In this document: positions 29,298 through 38,676 of the stretch, piece by piece
How positions within the stretch are numbered: the first letter of the stretch is position 1
Layout: the number at the start of each line of letters is the position of its first letter
DNA from: Syntrophales bacterium
GTDB taxonomy: Bacteria; Desulfobacterota; Syntrophia; Syntrophales; UBA2210
DNA length: 64,000 nt
Direction of reading: 5' to 3'
Assembly (NCBI GenBank): GCA_963662405.2
Contig: CAXXKT010000001.1
Coordinates: 1,984,001 to 2,048,000, forward strand
Position numbers and translations under genes: made by a program
Notes under the pieces: model-generated
Databases searched by the model: none
Seen by the model: the letters and a program-made list of their open reading frames with translations, nothing else
What the model was told of the DNA's origin: nothing

Positions 29298-30590
29298 ATG
29301 GATCAGACATTCATGCCGAAGATCAAGGCAGAGAAAGAACTTCAGGCACTCCAGCTTGAGGGGCTCAAATGGACCGTTGCCCATGCCTATCAGGGGTCGG
29401 ATTTCTATCGCCGACGGTTCGATGAGGCGGGGGTGAAACCGGAGGACATCCGAACCCTCGATGACCTGCGCAGGCTCCCCTTGGTCACCGCCCAGGACCT
29501 TCAGGAGCAGTACCCGTGGCCCCTCCGATCGGTTCCCTTCGATCAGATCGTTCGCCTCCACGCCTCCTCGGGGACGACGGGGAAGCGGAAGGTGATGATC
29601 TACACGGCGCGCGACATCGACGACTGGGCAAACATGTTTGCCCGCTGCTACGAGATCGCCGGCCTGACGCGGGAGGACCGGATTCAGATCTGTGTCGGGT
29701 ACGGAGTCTGGACCGCCGGTGTCGGTTTCCAGCTTGGGTGTGAGCGGTTCGGTGCCCTCGCCGTCCCTGCCGGACCGGGGAATATGGAGATGCAGATGCA
29801 GTTCCTCGAGGACTTCCAGCCCACCGTCATCTGCGCGACGGCATCCATGGGGCTCCTGATGGCCGAGGAGGTCGAGAAGAGGGGATTGAAAGACAAGATC
29901 AACGTCAAGAAGGTGATATTCGGGGCGGAACGTTCCAACGACGCCATGCGGGAGACCATCAAGGGCCTGCTCGGCGCGGAGCAGACCTTCGACATCCCGG
30001 GCCTCACGGAACTGTACGGACCGGGGACCGGCCTGGACTGCGAACACCACACCGGCATCCACTACTGGGCCGATTACTACATCATGGAACTCCTTGATCC
30101 CGATACACTCGAACCGGTCTCCGACGGTGAGATCGGTGAGATGGTCTATACGACCCTCCGCAAGGAGGGGGCGCCCCTGATCAGGTACCGTTCCCGTGAC
30201 CTGACGCGGTTGATCCCCGGCACCTGTCCCTGCGGGTCGATCTTCCCGCGGCACGACCGGCTGCTGGGGCGGTCGGACGATATGTTTATCATCCGGGGGG
30301 TCAATATCTATCCCGGCCATATCGACGAGATCCTCTCGGGCCAGGAGGGGATCGGGACCGAGTACCAGATACATCTCGATCGGCGGGATGACGGAAAGGA
30401 CTACATGACGGTACGCATCGAACGGGTCGAGGGAAACCGTGCCGACGACGACAGCAGGATCGCCTCCCGGATCGAGAGCGCTGTCAAGAAGGGGATTATG
30501 GTAAGCGGGAAGGTGGAGATCGTCGATTATCACGCTCTCCCGAGGACGGAGCGTAAGTCGAAGCGTCTCTTTGACCACCGTGATGAATAA
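29298..30590 (+). CDS. Phenylacetate-CoA ligase family protein (proposed indole-3-acetate CoA ligase)
   Basis: RLHASSGTTGK, GLTELYGPG, PLIRYR, GRSDDMFIIRGVNIYP motifs of PaaK. Confidence 0.92.
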   Translation: MDQTFMPKIKAEKELQALQLEGLKWTVAHAYQGSDFYRRRFDEAGVKPEDIRTLDDLRRLPLVTAQDLQEQYPWPLRSVPFDQIVRLHASSGTTGKRKVMIYTARDIDDWANMFARCYEIAGLTREDRIQICVGYGVWTAGVGFQLGCERFGALAVPAGPGNMEMQMQFLEDFQPTVICATASMGLLMAEEVEKRGLKDKINVKKVIFGAERSNDAMRETIKGLLGAEQTFDIPGLTELYGPGTGLDCEHHTGIHYWADYYIMELLDPDTLEPVSDGEIGEMVYTTLRKEGAPLIRYRSRDLTRLIPGTCPCGSIFPRHDRLLGRSDDMFIIRGVNIYPGHIDEILSGQEGIGTEYQIHLDRRDDGKDYMTVRIERVEGNRADDDSRIASRIESAVKKGIMVSGKVEIVDYHALPRTERKSKRLFDHRDE

Positions 30591-30603
30591 ATGTGAAAAA
30601 AAC

Positions 30604-30632
30604 TTGCTTTCCGGGATAAATTGCTTTAAAAG
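30604..30632 (+). promoter_or_regulatory. Putative sigma70 promoter for leader 2
   Basis: A-tract, TTGCTT (30604), 17-bp spacer, TAAAAG (30627); shares GTGAAAAAAA..TTGCTTTC with promoter 1. Confidence 0.5.
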
Positions 30633-30662
30633 CGGAAAATCAACCGTGTGGATGGAGACGAG

Positions 30663-30737
30663 ATGAAACCGGTCAACAACCTTTCGACAAACTGGTGGTG
30701 GTGCGAAATAACAGGGAGAGGTCTGTTCGCCGTGTAG
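30663..30737 (+). CDS. Tryptophan-rich attenuator leader peptide 2 (MKPVNNLSTNWWWCEITGRGLFAV)
   Basis: TGGTGGTGG at 30693-30701; GGAG RBS; contains the antiterminator strand GGTCTGTTCGC. Confidence 0.88.
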   Translation: MKPVNNLSTNWWWCEITGRGLFAV

Positions 30738-30760
30738 ATCAGGACATTATGCAATTACAG

Positions 30761-30795
30761 AGGCCGTGAACAGATCGTGTTCACGGCCTTTTTTT
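30761..30795 (+). terminator. Attenuator terminator 2
   Basis: Perfect 12-bp stem AGGCCGTGAACA-GATCG-TGTTCACGGCCT plus T-tract upstream of iorA. Confidence 0.9.
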
Positions 30796-30834
30796 GTAAA
30801 AATCTGCGGTACAACAGGTGAAATGGAACAAACG

Positions 30835-32664
30835 ATGAAAAAGAAGATTCTGATGGGAAATGAGGCGATCGGACGGGGACTGATCGAAGCGGGGTGCACG
30901 CTCATCTCCTCCTATCCGGGGACGCCGGCCTCGGAGATCCTGGAGTCGGCCGTTACCTTTGCCGGGGACGCCCCCCGGCCCGTCCATATCGAGTGGTCGA
31001 TCAACGAAAAGGTGGCCTATGAGGTCGCCCTGGGAAACAGCTCTTCGGGGAAACGCTCCGCCGTCGCCATGAAACAGGTGGGACTCAACGTGGCCTCCGA
31101 TCCCTTCATGCGGTCTGCCTACCTGGGGGTGACGGGAGGGATGGTGGTGGTGGTCGCCGACGACCCCGGTCCCCACAGCTCGCAGACGGATCAGGACAGC
31201 CGGTTCTTTGCGCAGTTCGCGCGCATCCCGGTCTTTGATCCGTCGAATCCCGCCGAGGCGAAGGAGATGGTGGAACGGGCCTTCGAGCTCTCGGAGCGGT
31301 ACGAGATCCCCGTGATGCTCAGGCCGACGACGCGGGTCTGTCACGCCCGGCAGGGGGTGGCCCTCGAGAAACCGCAGGAGATCGAACGCCGGGCCCATTT
31401 CAAGAAGGACCCGTCCCGCTGGGTCGCGACGCCCCAGTTTATCCCGGCCCTCCACCGGCGGCTCAATGCCACGATCGACGAGATAGCCGGTCTCGAGGAG
31501 ATGTATCCTTCCCGTATCGCCGGGAGCGGATCGTCACACATCTGCATCATTTCGTCGGGGGTCGCCTGCGCCAACATCTACGAGATCCTGGACGATATGG
31601 GGCTCCTGGGAACGATCGATCTCTTCAAGGTCGATCTCCCCTATCCCCTCAACCGCGACTTCATCGAGGCGATCAATGCCGGATACGAACGAATCCTCGT
31701 TGTGGAGGAGACCTACCCCACCATCGAGATGCAGCTCGCGAACCGGTCGATCAGGGGGCGGACCCTGAAGGATGTCCCCGACTACGGCGAGCTGACCTCC
31801 GACGTGATCGAGAAGATCCTCAGACAATTTCTGGATGTCCCCGGCGCACCCGCGGGAGATACGAAAGAGGCGGGGGGCATCAGGCCGAGCCTCTGCCCCG
31901 GCTGTCCCCACCGGGCCGCCTTCTACGCGATCAGGACCACCTTTCCGAAGGGGATCTTCCCCAGCGATATCGGCTGTTACACCCTGGGGATGAATTTCGG
32001 GGGTGTCGATACGTGCCACTGCATGGGGGCCTGTATCAGCCAGGGGGCGGGATTCTATCACGCCCACGCGGCGGACGGTCCCGATTGGCCCACGGTCGTT
32101 GTCACCATCGGCGATTCGACCTTCTTTCACGCGGGGATCCCGGGGCTCGTCAATGCCGTCTTCACCGGGGCCCGGTTCATCCTCGTGATCCTCGATAACG
32201 CGACCACCGCCATGACGGGGAACCAGCCCACCCCGCAGGTGGGGCTGATGGCCGACGGGACGCCGGGACATACCGTCTACATCCCCGATCTGGTCAGGGC
32301 GAGCGGGGTGAAATTTCTCGAGGAGTGCGATCCCTACGACCTGGAGGCCTTTACCGTCCTCCTGAGAGAGGCGGATCGGTTCTGCCGGAGCGACGAAGGC
32401 GGGGTGGCGGTGATCATCGCGAAGCACCCCTGCATCATGGACCGGAAGGCGCGGGAAAGCCAGAAACGCTACCGGGTGACGGTGACCGACGAATGCACGG
32501 GGTGCAAGATCTGCATCAAGCGGTTCGAGTGTCCGTCACTCGTCTTTGACGAAGACGCGGAAACGGTATTTGTGGATGAGAACACCTGTATCGGGTGCGG
32601 CGTTTGCGAGACGGTCTGCCCCGTGGGTGCGATTGAGATAGCGGAAATCGGAGGTGAGGCGTGA
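30835..32664 (+). CDS. iorA: Indolepyruvate:ferredoxin oxidoreductase alpha subunit
   Basis: LMGNEAI, YPGTP.SEI, NEKVA.E, MKQVGLNVASD, CPGCPH, DIGCYTLG, GDSTFFH and two C-terminal ferredoxin motifs. Confidence 0.95.
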   Translation: MKKKILMGNEAIGRGLIEAGCTLISSYPGTPASEILESAVTFAGDAPRPVHIEWSINEKVAYEVALGNSSSGKRSAVAMKQVGLNVASDPFMRSAYLGVTGGMVVVVADDPGPHSSQTDQDSRFFAQFARIPVFDPSNPAEAKEMVERAFELSERYEIPVMLRPTTRVCHARQGVALEKPQEIERRAHFKKDPSRWVATPQFIPALHRRLNATIDEIAGLEEMYPSRIAGSGSSHICIISSGVACANIYEILDDMGLLGTIDLFKVDLPYPLNRDFIEAINAGYERILVVEETYPTIEMQLANRSIRGRTLKDVPDYGELTSDVIEKILRQFLDVPGAPAGDTKEAGGIRPSLCPGCPHRAAFYAIRTTFPKGIFPSDIGCYTLGMNFGGVDTCHCMGACISQGAGFYHAHAADGPDWPTVVVTIGDSTFFHAGIPGLVNAVFTGARFILVILDNATTAMTGNQPTPQVGLMADGTPGHTVYIPDLVRASGVKFLEECDPYDLEAFTVLLREADRFCRSDEGGVAVIIAKHPCIMDRKARESQKRYRVTVTDECTGCKICIKRFECPSLVFDEDAETVFVDENTCIGCGVCETVCPVGAIEIAEIGGEA

Positions 32665-33167
32665 AACAGCAGATCATTATCAGCGGAAGGGGAGGGCAGG
32701 GCGTCCTCTTCGTGACGCGTCTTCTCGCCGAGGCGGGGTTGGCGGCGGGGGCCGATGTCCTGACATCGGAGACCCACGGCATGGCGATGCGCGGGGGGAC
32801 CGTGGTCGCTCACGTCAAGGTCGGCGCATTCAAGAGCCCCCTCATTCGGATGGGGAGGGCGGATGTGGGCCTCTTCCTGACGGATGCCAATATCACCATC
32901 CACGGCGACTTTGTCGGGCCGGATGGCCGGCGTATCGTCAATACGGGAAACACCGGCGCATACGAGGGGATCGACGCGACGGCCATGGCCAGGGAGCTCG
33001 GCTCTCTCCTCGCCACGAATCTGGTCCTCCTCGGGTTTGCCGTCCGGAAGGGGGCCCTCTTCTGCGATGAAGAGGTCATGCGAAGAGTTATCACAGAAAC
33101 ATCTCGTCCCCGACAGGTCGAGCTCAATCTCAAGGGGTTCGAGAGGGGGTTGCAATTATCCGTATAA
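32661..33167 (+). CDS. iorB: Indolepyruvate:ferredoxin oxidoreductase beta subunit
   Basis: GRGGQG and SETHGMAMRGG motifs; GTGA overlap with iorA. Confidence 0.92.
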   Translation: MKQQIIISGRGGQGVLFVTRLLAEAGLAAGADVLTSETHGMAMRGGTVVAHVKVGAFKSPLIRMGRADVGLFLTDANITIHGDFVGPDGRRIVNTGNTGAYEGIDATAMARELGSLLATNLVLLGFAVRKGALFCDEEVMRRVITETSRPRQVELNLKGFERGLQLSV

Positions 33168-33186
33168 CAAAAGGAGGGTTATATAT

Positions 33187-34209
33187 ATGAGAGTACTATG
33201 CAAAACAATCGTAGTGTGTGCCGTTATGGCCACGGTCTGTATGGCGGGCGTTGTGCCCGCGTCGGCGGGGTCGACGACGCTTTCCTATGCGAACTTCCCC
33301 CCCGCCCCCACCTTTCCCTGCGTCCAGATGGAACGGTGGAAGGGGGAGGTTGAGAGACGGACGGATGGCGCCCTCAAGATCAACACCTTTCCCGGCGGGA
33401 CGCTCCTCGGGGCGAAGAACATGTTCGACGGGGTCGTGGCGGGACAGGCCGATATCGGCTGCTTTGCCATGTCCTATCATCCCGGTCGCTTCCCCGTGGT
33501 CGAGGCGATCGACCTCCCCCTGGGGTGGCCCAACGCGACGGTGGCGAGCCTCTCGCTCCTCGATCTCTTTGAGAAGTACCGGCCCGCATCATTCGGGAAG
33601 GTCAAGGTCCTGACTCTGTTCACCTGCCCGCCGGCCAATGTCATGTCGATCGATCCGGTGCGGACCCTGGCGGATCTGAAGGGGATGGAGATCCGGGCGG
33701 CCGGTACCGGCGTCAAGGTCTTCGAACTCCTCGGGGCGAGTCCCATCGGGATGCCCCAGTCGGACGTCCCCGACGCCCTCCACAAGAAGGTGATCAAGGG
33801 GATGGCCTCGTCCCTCGAGGTGATGAAGGATTTCAACTATGCCGAGTACTGCCGGTACATTACGATGACCAATCTCCAGGTGGTGACCTTTGCCGTGGTG
33901 ATGAACCGTGACCGCTGGGACTCTCTCGCTCCCGAGGTTCAGAAGGTTCTCGACGACCTGTGCCGCGAACAGACGGAGTGGACGGGGCGGTATGTGGACG
34001 CGCACGTTGATGAGGCCGTTGCCTGGTCGAAGGAAACGTACACTGTTGAGGTGATCGAGTTCGACGCCGCAGGGAAGGCAGAGATGAAGAAGAGGCTCGA
34101 ACCCCTCGTGAACGGATACATCGAACGGGTCGGCTCGAAGGTGCCCTCAAAAGAGATCATCACGGATGTCATGAAGTTCCAGGATATCTATGCCAAGAAA
34201 TATCGGTAA
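33187..34209 (+). CDS. dctP: TRAP transporter substrate-binding protein
   Basis: Signal peptide; FPGGTL, PGRFP, DLKGMEIR and VVMNRDRWDSL motifs. Confidence 0.9.
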   Translation: MRVLCKTIVVCAVMATVCMAGVVPASAGSTTLSYANFPPAPTFPCVQMERWKGEVERRTDGALKINTFPGGTLLGAKNMFDGVVAGQADIGCFAMSYHPGRFPVVEAIDLPLGWPNATVASLSLLDLFEKYRPASFGKVKVLTLFTCPPANVMSIDPVRTLADLKGMEIRAAGTGVKVFELLGASPIGMPQSDVPDALHKKVIKGMASSLEVMKDFNYAEYCRYITMTNLQVVTFAVVMNRDRWDSLAPEVQKVLDDLCREQTEWTGRYVDAHVDEAVAWSKETYTVEVIEFDAAGKAEMKKRLEPLVNGYIERVGSKVPSKEIITDVMKFQDIYAKKYR

Positions 34210-34219
34210 GAAAGCGGGA

Positions 34220-34729
34220 ATGAGGACTATGAGACACCTTGTCGGATACCTTGACCGTTCGGTGCGCTTCCTGAACGGCATCCTGATGGGAACAGCCGGT
34301 ATCTTCCTTGTGGCGATGGTGCTCCTCGCCTGCGCGAACGTAGTGTGCCGGGGTTTCAGTGTGCCCGTGAAGGGGACCTTCGAACTGATGGGGCTTTTTG
34401 GTGCCGTCGTGGCCGCATTCGCCCTGGCCGCGACACAGCTCCAGCGGCAGCACATCGCGGTCGATGTCCTGGTCAATTCCTTTCCAAAGGGGGTCAGGCG
34501 TATCCTGAGTACCCTCAACTACCTGATCGGGGCGGCCCTCTTTCTGCTGGCCGCCTGGCAGACCGGGGTCCTGGCGACCAATCTCTGGAAGGTCCATGAA
34601 CTCTCCGAGACGCTCCGGATCATCTATTTCCCCTTCGTCTACGCCGTCTCGTTCGGGTGTGTGGTGATCGCCCTGGTCCTGATCATTGAACTCTTAAAGA
34701 TTCTCAGCGGAGAGGAGGAAGGGACATGA
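34220..34729 (+). CDS. dctQ: TRAP transporter small permease
   Basis: 4 TM; NVVCR, GTFEL, HIAVD. Confidence 0.88.
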   Translation: MRTMRHLVGYLDRSVRFLNGILMGTAGIFLVAMVLLACANVVCRGFSVPVKGTFELMGLFGAVVAAFALAATQLQRQHIAVDVLVNSFPKGVRRILSTLNYLIGAALFLLAAWQTGVLATNLWKVHELSETLRIIYFPFVYAVSFGCVVIALVLIIELLKILSGEEEGT

Positions 34730-36030
34730 GCGTTACCTGTATCGGCCTCGCCGGTATCGTCATTCTCCTCTTTCTGCTCCTCTTCCTGGGGATGCCCGTG
34801 GGATTCACCATGGCCGCTGTCGGTTTCGGCGGGATCTGGTACCTCATCTCCTTCAAGGCGTCTGCGGGGATGGTCGGGGCGGAACTGTGGAACACCTTTT
34901 CCTCGTATGGTCTCACCATGGTCCCCCTCTTCGTCTTTATGGGGCAGATCTGTTTTTATTCGGGGCTCAACGAACGGCTCTTCCGGGCGACCCACACCCT
35001 GACGGGGCATATCCGCGGGGGGCTCGCCATGGCCACGATCTTCGCCTGCGCCGGTTTTTCGGCTATCTGCGGCTCCAACACGGCAACGGCGGCGACCATG
35101 ACCTCCGTCGCCCTCCCCGAGATGAAGAAGTACCGGTATCATCCGGACCTCTCCGTCGGGTCGATTGCCTGCGGTTCCACGCTCGGGGTGGTCATCCCCC
35201 CCAGCGTGGTCCTCATCCTGATCGGCCTGTACACGGGGCAGTCGATCAGCAAGCTCTTCTACGGGGGGATACCGGCGGGACTCCTCCTCGCCGCCTCCTT
35301 CATGCTGACCATCGTTATCCTGTGCAGGATCAATCCCCAGTGGAGCCCGCTCGGCGAGAGGCGGTCCATGAGGGAGAAGATGGCCGCCCTCCCCGGTTTT
35401 CTGGAGACCATTCTCCTCTTTGCCCTGGTCATGGGGGGACTCTACGCGGGGGTCTTCACCCCGACGGAGGCCGGGGCCGTGGGGAGCTTTCTGGCCCTTG
35501 CCATCAGCCTGGTCAGGAGGACACTGACCTGGCAGGGGTTCAGGGCGGCCGTTGTCGATACCCTCCAGGTATCCTGCATGGTCTTCGTCATCATCGCCGG
35601 GGCGGTTATGTTCAGTCGATTTCTGGCCCTTACCCGGATCCCCTTCGATATCGCCGACTGGGTCGCCGCCCTGCCGATCCCGCCGTTTGCCATCTTGGGC
35701 GTCATATTCGTGATCTATGTGATCGGTGGGGCCTTGATGGACGCCCTCGCCCTGCTCCTGATCACCATCCCCATCTTCTTCCCCGTCGCCGAGAAGCTCG
35801 GGTACGACCCGGTCTGGTTCGGCGTGATGATTACCATTATCACCACGCTGGGCGCCGTGACGCCCCCCGTGGGGGCCTCGACCTATGTGGTGGCTGGCAT
35901 GGCGGAGGGGATCGGGTTGGGGGGTGTCTTCCGGGGCGTTCTCTACTTTCTCCCGGCCTACATCCTGTGTATCATACTCCTGATGGTGGTCCCCGAGATC
36001 ATCACCTACCTGCCGGGCCTGGTTCGGTAG
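34726..36030 (+). CDS. dctM: TRAP transporter large permease
   Basis: PLFVFMG, GGLAMAT, GSTLGVVIPPS, TPTEA and TPPVG motifs. Confidence 0.92.
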   Translation: MSVTCIGLAGIVILLFLLLFLGMPVGFTMAAVGFGGIWYLISFKASAGMVGAELWNTFSSYGLTMVPLFVFMGQICFYSGLNERLFRATHTLTGHIRGGLAMATIFACAGFSAICGSNTATAATMTSVALPEMKKYRYHPDLSVGSIACGSTLGVVIPPSVVLILIGLYTGQSISKLFYGGIPAGLLLAASFMLTIVILCRINPQWSPLGERRSMREKMAALPGFLETILLFALVMGGLYAGVFTPTEAGAVGSFLALAISLVRRTLTWQGFRAAVVDTLQVSCMVFVIIAGAVMFSRFLALTRIPFDIADWVAALPIPPFAILGVIFVIYVIGGALMDALALLLITIPIFFPVAEKLGYDPVWFGVMITIITTLGAVTPPVGASTYVVAGMAEGIGLGGVFRGVLYFLPAYILCIILLMVVPEIITYLPGLVR

Positions 36031-36284
36031 GGGCTTCCGTCTACAAATTGTAGAAAATTCTGTCCACATGGAAGAACAACTCCCATTTTCTCATTTTGCT
36101 ATCGAATATCGTATAAACGATCCAATTTCATATTCTTAGTGATTCAACTTTTGGATGCCAGAGGTATGAAAACGCCGTGTGGCAGGGAGAAGATCTTCTA
36201 CGTAACGAAACATGACTTGACGTATTGTAGATGTTGCCTTAAAATGTGTCATCTACTAAATCGAAGGTATTCGTGAGGTGTGCT

Positions 36285-36857
36285 ATGTTGACAGAAAAAA
36301 CATTGAATCAAATCTTGGGAGTGCTTGAACTAACATCCAAATATTGTGAAACGGGCCTTCCTCTCCAAAAAGCTTATCAAAAATCTGTAAAAAATATCGC
36401 TCACAAATATTCAGTGAGATATCAGACCATTGCCGATGGCTGCCGCAGGAGATTGAATCTGGATAATATTAATGAATTTATCAGTCTATTGGATGAATGG
36501 TTAGGAGGTAACCCCAGTAATTTGAAAAGATTGCTTTTAAAGAATGTTGGTAATCTTGAGGAGTATAAAATTGAAAACTTTTTTGACCATATCAGAACTT
36601 CATCTCAAGAAGCACTAATTGAAAGAAAAGTAGAAAATTCATTTGAGGTAATTACTTTCAAAACTACAAGAGATGTGGCCAGTAAACTACGCTCATTAGC
36701 TGATGCAGAAGGTGAAAACATCCAAGATTATATGAATGTAATTATAAAAAACCACGTAGACAAACATTATGTTGAATATTTGAAGCAACTGATTAACGCT
36801 TTGCCTCATGAGCATAGAGAAAAAGTCATGGCAGAGTTGGCTAAGGGCTTGGAGTAA
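36285..36857 (+). CDS. Hypothetical AT-rich protein, possibly DNA-binding (C-terminal ribbon-helix-helix-like segment)
   Basis: GAGGTG RBS; TTGACG(36217)-17-TAAAAT(36240) promoter; ITFKTTRDVASKLRSLADAEG segment. Confidence 0.6.
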   Translation: MLTEKTLNQILGVLELTSKYCETGLPLQKAYQKSVKNIAHKYSVRYQTIADGCRRRLNLDNINEFISLLDEWLGGNPSNLKRLLLKNVGNLEEYKIENFFDHIRTSSQEALIERKVENSFEVITFKTTRDVASKLRSLADAEGENIQDYMNVIIKNHVDKHYVEYLKQLINALPHEHREKVMAELAKGLE

Positions 36858-36880
36858 GTTTATAAATTGTTATAGATGAC

Positions 36881-38209
36881 CACTAGTGTCCGGAATAATT
36901 ACCTCTAGTCACGAATAACATATTGTTAATATTTGTTAATAATTGAAAAATGACTGTCCTCGACTTGAAAATTGCCCGTTATGCCTGCCATACTTTCCCA
37001 ACAACTTCTCTGGGAAAGGATTCTTATGTACACAGGCCCGCTCGTCTTCGCCCAAGTCATGAACTTCATGCCTCTGAAGCACTTCCAACGATGTATAGAG
37101 AAGTATCAGGGCAATTTCAGTGTCAAAAGTTTCTCATGCCTCGATCAGTTTCGAGTCATGGCCTTCGCTCAGTTGACCTATCGCGAGAGTCTTCGGGATA
37201 TCGAGGCATGCCTTCGATCCCAGAGCAAGAAGCTTTACCACATGGGCATACGGGGCAAGGTATCCAGGAGCACGCTTGCCGAGGCGAACGAAAACCGCGA
37301 TTGGCGTATGTACGCCGACTTCGCTCATCATCTGATCGATATCGCTCGGAATCTGTATCTGGACGAGCCAACCGTTCTCGATCTCAATCAGACAGTCTAT
37401 GCACTGGATGCTACAACTATCGATTTGTGCCTGTCCCTGTTTCCATGGGCACTCTTCCGACAGCACAAAGGTGCGGTCAGGCTTCACACATTGCTGGACC
37501 TGCGGGGTCATATCCCGACCTTCATCTACATCTCCGACGGCAAGCTCCACGAGGTCAACGTGTTGGACATCGTCCCCTTGGAACCGGGTGCCTTTTATAT
37601 CATGGACCGTGGATATACCGACTTTCTCAGACTCTACGCGATAACACAGGCATCGGCTTACTTGGTCATTCGAGCAAAATCCAATCTGAACTTTCGCAGA
37701 GTGTACTCCCACGCAGTAGATCGAAGTACCGGTTTGATATGCGATCAAACCATACGACTATCAGGCTATTACGCATCCAGAGACTACCCGGAAAAGCTGC
37801 GCCGCATAAAGTATCGCGACAAAGAGACCGGCAAAACTTTGGTGTTTCTGACCAACAACTTTACGCTTCCTGCCCTTGTCATTGCGAAGCTTTACAAACA
37901 GAGATGGCAGATAGAGCTCTTCTTCAAATGGATCAAACAGAACCTGCGCATCAAGCGTTTTTACGGAACCTCGGAGAATGCCGTCAAAGTGCGAATATGG
38001 ATTGCCGTATCCGTATACCTGCTTGTAGCTATTATTCGAAAGAAGCTCAATATCCAGGCCAGTCTCTACACAATTTTACAGATCTTGAGCGTGTCTATTT
38101 TTGAAAGAACTATGCTAAATCAACTACTTGGATTCTATGACTACACAACAGAAACAACAGAAAACAATAACCAACTGAATTTATTTACAGATTATCCCGG
38201 ACACTAGTG
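36881..38209 (+). mobile_element. Intact IS4-family insertion sequence (1329 bp)
   Basis: 19-bp IRs CACTAGTGTCCGG(A/G)ATAAT (18/19 match); 9-bp target duplication ATAGATGAC at 36872-36880 and 38210-38218. Confidence 0.95.
37026..38207 (+). CDS. IS4 family transposase (DUF4372 + DDE)
   Basis: YRESLRDIE, LDATTI, MDRGY and LYKQRWQIELFFKWIKQ (YREK) motifs. Confidence 0.95.
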   Translation: MYTGPLVFAQVMNFMPLKHFQRCIEKYQGNFSVKSFSCLDQFRVMAFAQLTYRESLRDIEACLRSQSKKLYHMGIRGKVSRSTLAEANENRDWRMYADFAHHLIDIARNLYLDEPTVLDLNQTVYALDATTIDLCLSLFPWALFRQHKGAVRLHTLLDLRGHIPTFIYISDGKLHEVNVLDIVPLEPGAFYIMDRGYTDFLRLYAITQASAYLVIRAKSNLNFRRVYSHAVDRSTGLICDQTIRLSGYYASRDYPEKLRRIKYRDKETGKTLVFLTNNFTLPALVIAKLYKQRWQIELFFKWIKQNLRIKRFYGTSENAVKVRIWIAVSVYLLVAIIRKKLNIQASLYTILQILSVSIFERTMLNQLLGFYDYTTETTENNNQLNLFTDYPGH

Positions 38210-38288
38210 ATAGATGACAATCTTTCATGTTTGCATTTGCTAGGATGCTATTACTAAGTTCGGTGTTATCTATAAAAAGGAGAAATGT

Positions 38289-38522
38289 ATGGAATATATG
38301 TTTACAGATTGGGATGGCCGGAGCTATAAAAGGAAAACAAAAGACAATATTTCAATTGCAGCGGAATATATTTCACCGGGAAAGATAGATGTGTCTTTGA
38401 AGCAAGAATCTGGGAAAAGCTTTCTTCGGTTAATTCTTGCAAGAAAAGAAGCGGCAGCTATTATCAGTTCGCTAAATGCAGCGGGTTCTGAATGCAAGCT
38501 TTGTATTATTTCGACATCATAA
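38289..38522 (+). CDS. Small hypothetical protein
   Basis: AAGGAG RBS; 77-aa ORF in AT-rich DNA. Confidence 0.55.
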   Translation: MEYMFTDWDGRSYKRKTKDNISIAAEYISPGKIDVSLKQESGKSFLRLILARKEAAAIISSLNAAGSECKLCIISTS

Positions 38523-38676
38523 CCAAAGTAATTTGACGACGCTCTACTATTTTCTCAAGAACAAGGCGAATTTTTACGCTATCGCCGTATTCTCTAGCTC
38601 TTTTCCTAAAGAATAGGGAAATATCTTGCTCACTTCCTAAGAGACGGTTGGTTGCTACATCTTTTTGAGAGGGCTC

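Noticed and set aside
29130..30578. Long antisense ORFs (29130-30578, also 34639-36069, 42130-43425, 52102-53469, 15916-17253)
   Set aside because: Shadow frames of well-supported GC-rich genes on the opposite strand with no recognisable motifs.
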